Part shown: positions 19,389 to 26,325 of the stretch, one piece after another
Numbering within the stretch: the stretch's first letter is position 1
How the letters are laid out: each line of letters begins with the position of its first letter
Assembly: GCF_000020385.1 (NCBI RefSeq)
Contig: NC_010814.1
Span: 2,160,001 to 2,192,000, forward strand
Origin: Trichlorobacter lovleyi SZ
GTDB taxonomy: Bacteria > Desulfobacterota > Desulfuromonadia > Geobacterales > Pseudopelobacteraceae
DNA length: 32,000 nt
Direction of reading: 5' to 3'
Program-made: the position numbers and the translations under genes
Notes under the pieces: model-generated
Databases searched by the model: none
Told to the model about the DNA's origin: nothing
What the model saw: the letters and a program-made list of their open reading frames with translations, nothing else

Positions 19389-20333
19389 TCAGACCAAAGG
19401 AAGGGGTATGCCGCTGATGATCTCCCGTAGCAGTTCTCCTCTATCCTGAATTGTTTGGCCAGGCCGCATGACAAGACGATGGGCGCAGACTGCAACAGCA
19501 ATGCCTTTCACATCATCCGGGGCAACATAGTCGCGGCCTGCCAAAAATGCTGCTGCTCGGGCCGCCTGCGCCAGGTTGATGGCTGCCCTGGTGGACAGAC
19601 CGGTCTGTATCAGGGGGTGAAGCCGGGTAGCCTGTACCAGGGCATGGATGTAGCCGACAACCTTGTCGGCCAGATAGATTGACTGCTCAACCACCCTGCG
19701 CGCCGTCAGAATCTCTGATGTTGAGACAAGGGGGGTAATTCCGGCTATCCGCTCACGGATTCCTCCACTTGCAATGATAGAGCGTTCAAGCTGTTCAGGC
19801 GGATATCCGATGCCGGTACAGATCAGAAAGCGGTCAAGCTGCGATTCAGGCAAAGGAAATGTGCCGCTCTGATCAGAGGGATTCTGCGTGGCAAAGACCA
19901 TAAACGGGTCAGGAAGCTGATGGGTCGTGCCTTCAACCGTTACCCGCCGTTCCTCCATCGCCTCCAGCATGGCGCTCTGGGTACGAGGCATGGCCCGGTT
20001 GATCTCATCCAACAGGACAATATTGTTGAAGACCGGACCCGGCACAAAATTGAAATGCCCGGTCTCACGGTTAAAGACCGAAAGTCCGGTAATGTCTGAA
20101 GGGAGCAGGTCGCTGGTACACTGCACCCTGCCAAAGGAAAGTCCCGTAATCCCTGCCAACGCCAGGGCAATGGTTGTCTTGCCCAGACCGGGCAGGTCTT
20201 CCACCAGGATATGTCCACCGGATAACAGGGCGATGACAGCAAGACGTACAACCTCGTCCTTGCCCTGCAGGTGGTCTTTGCAGAGGGCATCAACCAGAAC
20301 GGTAACAGGTTTGACAGTATGAGCAATGGCCAT
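19389..20333 (-). CDS. moxR: MoxR-family AAA+ ATPase
   Basis: Walker A LPGLGKTT, Walker B VLLDEINRA, AAA_3-type length (314 aa), and the classic MoxR-DUF58-transglutaminase neighbourhood. Confidence 0.92.
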   Translation of the reverse strand: MAIAHTVKPVTVLVDALCKDHLQGKDEVVRLAVIALLSGGHILVEDLPGLGKTTIALALAGITGLSFGRVQCTSDLLPSDITGLSVFNRETGHFNFVPGPVFNNIVLLDEINRAMPRTQSAMLEAMEERRVTVEGTTHQLPDPFMVFATQNPSDQSGTFPLPESQLDRFLICTGIGYPPEQLERSIIASGGIRERIAGITPLVSTSEILTARRVVEQSIYLADKVVGYIHALVQATRLHPLIQTGLSTRAAINLAQAARAAAFLAGRDYVAPDDVKGIAVAVCAHRLVMRPGQTIQDRGELLREIISGIPLPLV

Positions 20334-20402
20334 GACAACCTCGGCGTCCGGAACATGATTCAGACAAATAATCTGCGTAGCTGGCTACAGTGTACTCCAA
20401 AC

Positions 20403-20441
20403 AAAAACAGGGACTCAACCAATTTGGCTAAGTCCCTGTTT
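20403..20441 (-). terminator. Rho-independent terminator downstream of tRNA-Pro
   Basis: Perfect 10-bp stem, aacagggact (20406-20415) / agtccctgtt (20431-20440). On the minus strand it is followed by TTTTTGTTTGG. Confidence 0.75.
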
Positions 20442-20444
20442 GTA

Positions 20445-20521
20445 TGGTCGGTGCGAAAGGATTCGAACCTTCGACCCCTAGACCCCCAGTCTAGTGCGCT
20501 ACCAGGCTGCGCTACGCACCG
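20445..20521 (-). tRNA. tRNA-Pro, anticodon GGG, 77 nt with encoded CCA
   Basis: The reverse complement folds by hand into a cloverleaf: acceptor CGGTGCG/CGCACCG; D arm GCGC-AGCCTGGTA-GCGC; anticodon stem CTAGA/TCTAG with loop CT-GGG-GG (G37); variable GGGTC; T arm GAAGG-TTCGAAT-CCTTT; discriminator A then CCA. Confidence 0.95.
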
Positions 20522-20586
20522 AAATCAATCGATTTCGTATCTCCACCTCACGGCACACTCATTACATAGCCGGTGAAGAGTTTTTC

Positions 20587-20616
20587 TATCTAACACAAGA
20601 GCATACGCGCCGTCAA
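20587..20616 (-). promoter_or_regulatory. Candidate sigma-70 promoter for tRNA-Pro
   Basis: On the minus strand: TTGACG (20616-20611), an 18-nt spacer, then TAGATA (20592-20587), about 65 nt upstream of the mature tRNA 5' end. Sequence match only. Confidence 0.3.
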
Positions 20617-20630
20617 TCTATTATCAGTGG

Positions 20631-21752
20631 TTACTCCTCTTTATTCGGTGCATGAATTTCACCGTTCTGCCAGGCCTGCTGAAAGATAGAAACCAGGCGG
20701 GGATCAAACTGCTGTCCTGAACAACGTTGCAGTTCGGCAAAGGCAGCTTCAAAGGCAAGTGCCTTTCGGTAGGGCCGATCCGATGTCATGGCATCAAAGG
20801 CGTCAGCCACGGCAATAATCCTGGCATGTAACGGAATCTCCTTAGACTGACGCCTGTGGGGATAACCGCTGCCGTCATACTGTTCATGGTGATACAAGAC
20901 CCCGGGGACAACCCGTGACAACTGAGGCAGATGCTCAATAATATCAACACCGGCTTCAGGATGACGGCACATCTCGTTAAACTCATCCTGATTCAGACGC
21001 CCCGGCTTACGCAGGACCTGGTCAGAAACACCTATCTTGCCGATATCATGCATAATAGCCGCAAGACGCAAGACATCCATCTCCTCCTCAGACAGCCCCA
21101 GATGAGAGGCGATCAGGACGGAATATTCATGCACCCTCCTGGTATGCCCGCCTGTATAGGGATCCCGCAGCTCCAGAGCCTCTGCCAGGGCAGTGGTCAC
21201 CCCCAGAAAGGTCAAACGCATTTCCTGGTACATCGAGGCGTTTTCAATGGCAATGGCAACCTGGTCCGCCAGGGCCTGCACCAGTTCAAGGTCATGAGCA
21301 TTGAAGTCACCTGTCACTTTGTTCAGCACCTGCAGCACACCCCAGACCTTTTCCTTGGTGGCAACCGGTGCCACAATCATATTTCTGGTGTCATAACCGG
21401 TAAAGCGGTCAATATCTGACGCAAAACGGGGGTCATGTTTGACATCATCCACAATAACAGCCCCGCCTTTGCGGGCGACCCAACCGGCAATCCCCTCGCC
21501 GGGTTTCAGACGGACCTCTTTCAGATGTCGCCCCTTTTCACCGCTTGCCGCCTCAAAGTAGAGTTCACCAGTAGCACCATCCAGCAGCAGCAGGCTGGCA
21601 GCATCAGCCCCTACACACCGCGGTACCGCCTCAACGGCCAAACGGCGTACTTCAGCAGGGTCAAGAGAGGAGTTAACCAGGGAAGCAAGTTCCATTAAGG
21701 AGCGCAAGGAGGTTATCGTTAATGAATCTGTTTTTTGACTGAGGGGAGTCAT
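20631..21752 (-). CDS. GAF domain / HD-GYP domain protein
   Basis: N-terminal GAF-like region (LASLVNSSLD...ASLLLLD...GEGIAGWVARKG) and a canonical HD-GYP: IMHDIGKIGV ... YHHEQYDGSGYP ... VADAFDAMTSDRPYR. I placed the start at ATG 21752 (MTPLSQK...). The 42-codon track extension would run into the mazG gene on the other strand. Confidence 0.9.
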   Translation of the reverse strand: MTPLSQKTDSLTITSLRSLMELASLVNSSLDPAEVRRLAVEAVPRCVGADAASLLLLDGATGELYFEAASGEKGRHLKEVRLKPGEGIAGWVARKGGAVIVDDVKHDPRFASDIDRFTGYDTRNMIVAPVATKEKVWGVLQVLNKVTGDFNAHDLELVQALADQVAIAIENASMYQEMRLTFLGVTTALAEALELRDPYTGGHTRRVHEYSVLIASHLGLSEEEMDVLRLAAIMHDIGKIGVSDQVLRKPGRLNQDEFNEMCRHPEAGVDIIEHLPQLSRVVPGVLYHHEQYDGSGYPHRRQSKEIPLHARIIAVADAFDAMTSDRPYRKALAFEAAFAELQRCSGQQFDPRLVSIFQQAWQNGEIHAPNKEE

Positions 21753-21857
21753 GGACCGGTACCTTTTTAAAATCAACCATGCTAGTCTTGATTCTTCATT
21801 TCTATCATTATCACCCGGTGTGTCAAGCCGGTAACCAAAAACAGGAGCTTTGTTCAG

Positions 21858-22646
21858 ATGACAACCAACCACGATCAATTCAATCAGGTCATGTCTATTA
21901 TGCGCCGTTTACGCGCCCCTGGCGGATGCCCCTGGGATGCAGAGCAAAGCCACGAGAGCCTGAAGCGCTACCTGCTTGAAGAATCCTATGAGGTCCTTGA
22001 GGCGATTGACAGCGGCTCTGATGAGCAGTTGAAGGAAGAACTGGGAGATCTGCTGCTGCAACCGGTCTTTCATGCCGCCATTGCCGAGGAGCGCGGCGCA
22101 TTTACCATTGAGGATGTTTTGGCAAGCTTGTCTGACAAACTGATCCGGCGTCACCCCCATGTCTTTGGCGATCAGGTGATCACAGATAGTGAAGCCCAGG
22201 TTGCCAACTGGGAAAAAATCAAGAAAGCTGAGAAGGGAGAAGAGCGCCGTTCAGCCTTATCAGGGATCCCCCCTCACCTGCCGGCCTTGATGAAGGCCCA
22301 GAAGATAACTGAAAAAGCGTCCAGGGTTGGATTTGACTGGGAGCATGTGAATCAGGTCATGGCCAAGGTACTTGAAGAGCTGCACGAGTTTGAAGAGGCC
22401 ATGGAGCAGGGACGTCAGGATCGTATGGAGGCTGAGCTTGGCGATCTGTTGTTTGCCATTGTCAATTTGGGGAGGTTCCTTGCACTGGATCCTGAAGAGG
22501 CGCTTCGCAAGACCATTGCACGTTTCCAGAACCGCTTCAGCTATATTGAAGAGCGCCTGCATGTCAATGAACGACATCTTCAGGATGCAAGCCTGGACGA
22601 GATGGAGGCCTTATGGGTTGAGGCAAAGTCACGGGAAAATTCCTGA
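21858..22646 (+). CDS. mazG: Nucleoside triphosphate pyrophosphohydrolase MazG (tandem MazG domains)
   Basis: IMRRLRAPGGCPWDAEQSHESLKRYLLEESYEVLEAID in the first domain; a second EELHEFEEA ... ELGDLLFAIVNLGR domain; 262 aa. Confidence 0.92.
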   Translation: MTTNHDQFNQVMSIMRRLRAPGGCPWDAEQSHESLKRYLLEESYEVLEAIDSGSDEQLKEELGDLLLQPVFHAAIAEERGAFTIEDVLASLSDKLIRRHPHVFGDQVITDSEAQVANWEKIKKAEKGEERRSALSGIPPHLPALMKAQKITEKASRVGFDWEHVNQVMAKVLEELHEFEEAMEQGRQDRMEAELGDLLFAIVNLGRFLALDPEEALRKTIARFQNRFSYIEERLHVNERHLQDASLDEMEALWVEAKSRENS

Positions 22647-22697
22647 CGGTGACTGATGTCATCTGTTTGTATGAAAGAATTTCAGCAGGTTGAATCC

Positions 22698-22731
22698 TTA
22701 TCCACACAATCTGTGGATAAGTTGTGGATAG
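22698..22731. promoter_or_regulatory. Cluster of three DnaA boxes
   Basis: TTATCCACA (22698-22706, perfect consensus, + orientation); TGTGGATAA (22712-22720, perfect consensus, - orientation); TGTGGATAG (22723-22731, one mismatch, - orientation). All lie in a non-coding AT-rich spacer. Confidence 0.6.
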
Positions 22732-22930
22732 TACTGTTGATGAAACAGGAAAGTAATATTCTTACAAGTGATTTTTGCCAAATGCACATTTTTTAGGCAT
22801 TATATTTACACTGCAATATCAGTATGTTACACAAAAAATACGGCTAGTTCTTCAATTTCCCGAGGGTTTTTTGTGTCAAGCAAAATAAACCATTTTTCCT
22901 GAAAAAAATACTGTTCATAACTGGAGACCG

Positions 22931-23443
22931 TTAGATCTTTTTGATTGCCCTGAAATCAACACCTTCCAGTGACAATAAGAATTTTTTCATCATAATGCCT
23001 CCTGTTGCACTGTATCCGGTCAGGGCACCATTGGAAGCAACAACACGGTGACAGGGGATGATGACCGGCACCGGATTGGCACCCAGGGCACCGCCAACCG
23101 CACGGGCTGCCCCTGGTGAACCGGCCTCGGCAGCTAAATCTCCGTAGGTGCGACTGTTGCCATAGGGAATCTGCATGGTCAGTTGCAGCACCCGCTGCTG
23201 AAACAGGGTAAGCGAGGAAATATCAACCGGTAGATCAAATTGTTGCAAGCAGCCCTGAAAGTACTGCTCCAACTGTTGTGCCGCCTTTCTGGTAAGCTCG
23301 GACTCACTGGCGGCGATCCTGTCAACGTCAGACAGATCATCGCCCGGCAGCCAGACCCGACAGATGCCCAGATCAGTTGCAAGCACTGCACCGACCCCCT
23401 GTCCGGTGATGTAACGTGATACATATGAGGCACACATAGCCAT
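22931..23443 (-). CDS. ogt: Methylated-DNA--protein-cysteine S-methyltransferase (Ogt/MGMT family)
   Basis: Active-site IIPCHRVV and the preceding YGDLAAEAGSPGAARAVGGALGANPVPV helix-turn-helix region. The ATG at 23443 directly abuts the murJ stop. Confidence 0.9.
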   Translation of the reverse strand: MAMCASYVSRYITGQGVGAVLATDLGICRVWLPGDDLSDVDRIAASESELTRKAAQQLEQYFQGCLQQFDLPVDISSLTLFQQRVLQLTMQIPYGNSRTYGDLAAEAGSPGAARAVGGALGANPVPVIIPCHRVVASNGALTGYSATGGIMMKKFLLSLEGVDFRAIKKI

Positions 23444-25009
23444 TTACCCCCGTATTTTTTTCTTCACCAGCCCGAGAAACTCTGTAGCCTCTTCTGAGCG
23501 GAACAGATAGCTGAACAGGCCATATATCAGCAGGGCCGTCAGCACGATGCCACTCAACCCGGTTACCTTAAGCAGCTTTTGACCCGGTAACGACCAGTTC
23601 ACCGCACCTGATATCCACCAGGCAGCCAGTCCCATCGGCAAAGATGCTGCGACAGCTGACAGAGCAGTGCGTAAGATTCTGCGACCTCCCAACAGACCAG
23701 CCTTACGACGCAGCAGCCAGAACAGAAGCAGCATATTACCCAGAGCTGACAAGGAAGATGCCAGGGCCAGACCAGCATGCAGCAGCGGCCCCATCAACCA
23801 GAGACTGAAGCCAAGGTTAAGCAAAAATGAAATAAAAGCAGTGATAACCGGCGTTTTAGTATCCTTTAAGGCATAAAAGGCCGGAGCCAGCACCCGCACC
23901 AGGGCAACACACGACAGACCGGTTGAATAGTAGAGTAGCGCCCGGGCCGATTGCTGAGCCATGGTGTAATCAAACTGCCCCCCCATGAACAGCAACGCCA
24001 TCAACGGTTCAGCACAGACGGCAAGCCCAACCAGGGCCGGGATGGTCACAAACAAGGTCAGCCTCACCCCGTAGTTAAGCGAATCCTTCATCGCTTCAAG
24101 ATCACCTTCGGCTGCCTGACGGCTCATGGCAGGCAACACCGCCTGGGCAACCGACACCGTAAAAACTCCCTGGGGAAATTCAAACAGGCGCTGGGCATAG
24201 TACAGATAGGAGACGGAGCCCTGCGGCAACAGGGATGCCAGGATATTCCCAACCGTAATATTAAGATAATAGACCCCAACACCTAGAGTAGCAGGCAACA
24301 TCAGCAGGGCTATCTTCTTGACTTTAGGATCGTTAAATCCGAAACGGGGACGGATTGGAAAACCTTTGCTCCAAAGCACCGGCAGTTGCAACAGTAGCTG
24401 GATCAGTCCTCCCAGCAACACCCCCACGGCCAGGGCCGTGATGGGATAGTGGAAAAAAGAGCGCAGCAGCAAGGCAGCCAGAATCATTGCTATATTCAGG
24501 AATACCGTCGAGATGGCCGGGGTAAAGAAGTGGCGGACGGTATTGAGAATCCCCATACAAAGCGCCACCAGTGAAATAAAGAAAAGGTAGGGAAACATGA
24601 TCCGATTCAGCAGCACGGTCAGCTCAAACTTGCCCGGCACTGCAGCAAAGCCAGGAAACATCAGTTTGATGATCAGAGGTGAAAACAGAATTCCCAGCAG
24701 GGTGATCAAGGCGACCAGCATGGTCAACAGGGTAAAACAGAGATTAGCCAACTCGCGGGCCTTCTCTTCTCCCTCCTGCACCAGGGTTTCGGAAAAAGTC
24801 GGCACAAAGGCAGCAGTCAAGGCACCTTCTGCAAAAAAACGACGCAACATATTGGGGATCTGAAAGGCTGCAAAAAAAGCATCGGTGGCCATACCGGCAC
24901 CAAACAGACGCGCCACCACAATATCCCGCACCATGCCCATCACGCGGGACAGTATGGTAGCACTGCCCAAGACTCCGGCAGCCTTCAGAATCCCCTTCTT
25001 TTCAGACAT
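23444..25009 (-). CDS. murJ: Lipid II flippase MurJ/MviN
   Basis: SATILSRVMGMVRDIVVARLFGAGMATDAFFAAFQIPNMLRRFFAEGAL is the family N-terminus. About 14 TM helices; 521 aa. Confidence 0.93.
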   Translation of the reverse strand: MSEKKGILKAAGVLGSATILSRVMGMVRDIVVARLFGAGMATDAFFAAFQIPNMLRRFFAEGALTAAFVPTFSETLVQEGEEKARELANLCFTLLTMLVALITLLGILFSPLIIKLMFPGFAAVPGKFELTVLLNRIMFPYLFFISLVALCMGILNTVRHFFTPAISTVFLNIAMILAALLLRSFFHYPITALAVGVLLGGLIQLLLQLPVLWSKGFPIRPRFGFNDPKVKKIALLMLPATLGVGVYYLNITVGNILASLLPQGSVSYLYYAQRLFEFPQGVFTVSVAQAVLPAMSRQAAEGDLEAMKDSLNYGVRLTLFVTIPALVGLAVCAEPLMALLFMGGQFDYTMAQQSARALLYYSTGLSCVALVRVLAPAFYALKDTKTPVITAFISFLLNLGFSLWLMGPLLHAGLALASSLSALGNMLLLFWLLRRKAGLLGGRRILRTALSAVAASLPMGLAAWWISGAVNWSLPGQKLLKVTGLSGIVLTALLIYGLFSYLFRSEEATEFLGLVKKKIRG

Positions 25010-25053
25010 ATGACCTGTTTCCTCTCACAAACACTCACTGGGTGATCTTATTT

Positions 25054-25773
25054 TCAGCGGACTGCGGTCTCGGTGGCGGTATAGGTTGCATAATGCAGAT
25101 CAGTGGTCTGCTTATACCCCTTATAGATGCGTGCGGCTATCAGATTAAGCAACGGGTCGGTTACACCGTTGAGAAAGGCATAGCTGATATTGTCCTGCAG
25201 ATGATGACGGGCATGATGCCGCTTTGAAAGCAGAATACCGGAAGTCCCGAGTAGGCGTGAAACGGTGGAAGTGGAACTGTGACACAGGTAGTGGGATACC
25301 TCGGCAACAGACGACAGAATCCCCACATAAGCCAGAACAAACAGGGCCAACGGAGGAAGCCTGAAAAAAACAGCTGACAGGCAGGCAACTGCAAGATAGC
25401 CGACCAGCCAGACCTTTGATCCTGTTTCCGTAAAATAGACTGCCAGCAGATTGCGTTTCTTGTACTGAGGGGTTTTGTGGTGCAGGTGAAAATTGGCAAT
25501 CAACGGTCCAGCAAGGGACTCATACCGGTCATTATTGTCCATGAACATATGCACCAAACCGTTGATAAAATCAGTGACCAGGAATGCCACAAGAATGGCC
25601 AGTATCTGCCAAACAACACCTATGGAGTAGCGCCAGGCATGAAACAGAAGGCAGCACTGCAAAGACAGATTGGCAACGGCCACCAGGGTACTGAAGACCT
25701 GATACCGTTGCAAGTCGGTATAGCGCTGCATGGCTGCGTTAAACTGCTGTTGTTTACATGAGATCTGAGCCAT
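25054..25773 (-). CDS. CarF/TMEM189 (Kua, PF10520-like) family membrane desaturase homolog
   Basis: The His-box pattern is collinear with human TMEM189/PEDS1 as I recall it: DFINGLVHMFMD (cf DFLSGLVHWGAD), FHLHHKTP (cf FREHHIDP), VSHYLCH (cf IHKWSH), LLSKRHHARHHLQDNISYAFLNGVTDPLLNLI (cf [33 protein letters not shown]). I placed the start at ATG 25773, one codon inside the TTG of the track ORF. Confidence 0.75.
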   Translation of the reverse strand: MAQISCKQQQFNAAMQRYTDLQRYQVFSTLVAVANLSLQCCLLFHAWRYSIGVVWQILAILVAFLVTDFINGLVHMFMDNNDRYESLAGPLIANFHLHHKTPQYKKRNLLAVYFTETGSKVWLVGYLAVACLSAVFFRLPPLALFVLAYVGILSSVAEVSHYLCHSSTSTVSRLLGTSGILLSKRHHARHHLQDNISYAFLNGVTDPLLNLIAARIYKGYKQTTDLHYATYTATETAVR

Positions 25774-25800
25774 CAATTTCGTGTCCTGCAGGCGCCCGGC

Positions 25801-26325
25801 CTAACGCCTGCGCTTTTGTTCCAGCTCCAGGTCAAGATTTTTCAGCTTTTCCAGGTTGAGCCGAAGTTCCTTGTTCTCCCTACTGAGGTGAAGATTAAGA
25901 TCTCGCAGTGTTTTGGTCTCGCGCTGTTTTTCAAACAACTTCTGGTTTGACGAGAGATAGCTGGATAATGCGGCTGACTGGTGGGTCCAGATGCTGTCAG
26001 GATATTCTTTTGCCAGCCGAACCAACAGGCTGTAACCCTCCTGCCCACCCTTTTCACCCCCGTCACGTAACCTCAGCAACGCAAGCCTGAAAAGGGCATC
26101 ATCCGTCACCCCCGCCAGTCCGGGGGCCACAACGACCTGTTCCAGCAGTTCCCGCGCCCCCTGTTCATTACCCTGTCGCAAAAGCTGTAGTGCCCCGGCA
26201 AACTTCCGTTCATGGGACGGCACGGAGACATCGGTATCGCCATGCTGGCGGCTCAACAGCATACAGCCGCTACAAAGCTGTAATACACAGAAGACCGCTA
26301 TCCACCTACTCCAGGACAGTCCCAT
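25801..26325 (-). CDS. Putative lipoprotein with a helical repeat region and a C-terminal coiled coil
   Basis: MGLSWSRWIAVFCVLQLCSGC gives a signal peptide plus lipobox. The tail ...LSRENKELRLNLEKLKNLDLELEQKRRR is heptad-like. I chose ATG 26325 (preceded by AAGGGGGG) over the TTG at 26346. It overlaps the cyclase gene end by 20 nt. Confidence 0.6.
   Translation of the reverse strand: MGLSWSRWIAVFCVLQLCSGCMLLSRQHGDTDVSVPSHERKFAGALQLLRQGNEQGARELLEQVVVAPGLAGVTDDALFRLALLRLRDGGEKGGQEGYSLLVRLAKEYPDSIWTHQSAALSSYLSSNQKLFEKQRETKTLRDLNLHLSRENKELRLNLEKLKNLDLELEQKRRR

Noticed and set aside
20334-20630. tRNA-Pro as a possible integration site for a genomic island.
   Set aside because: There is no integrase, no direct repeat of the tRNA 3' end, and no mobile-element genes on either side. 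The flanking MoxR operon and the GAF-HD-GYP gene look like native chromosome.
22671-22796. A 41-aa plus-strand ORF (MKEFQQVESLSTQSVDKLWIVLLMKQESNILTSDFCQMHIF) that spans the DnaA boxes.
   Set aside because: There is no Shine-Dalgarno upstream (tgtttgt precedes the ATG). The AT-rich codon usage is unlike the rest of the window, and the peptide has no recognisable motif. It is most likely a chance ORF in AT-rich DNA.
22647-22930. Interpreting the DnaA-box/AT-rich spacer as the chromosomal origin (oriC).
   Set aside because: Only three boxes are present, and no dnaA, dnaN, rpmH or gidA-type neighbours are nearby. Gene orientation does not switch across the spacer, because minus-strand genes dominate on both sides. 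I kept it as a DnaA-binding locus of another kind. Only whole-replicon GC skew can settle this.
23441-23446. Zero-gap junction between murJ and ogt (TAA immediately followed by ATG), an odd functional pairing.
   Set aside because: Tight packing of unrelated housekeeping genes is common in this window. Nothing in the sequence indicates a functional link.
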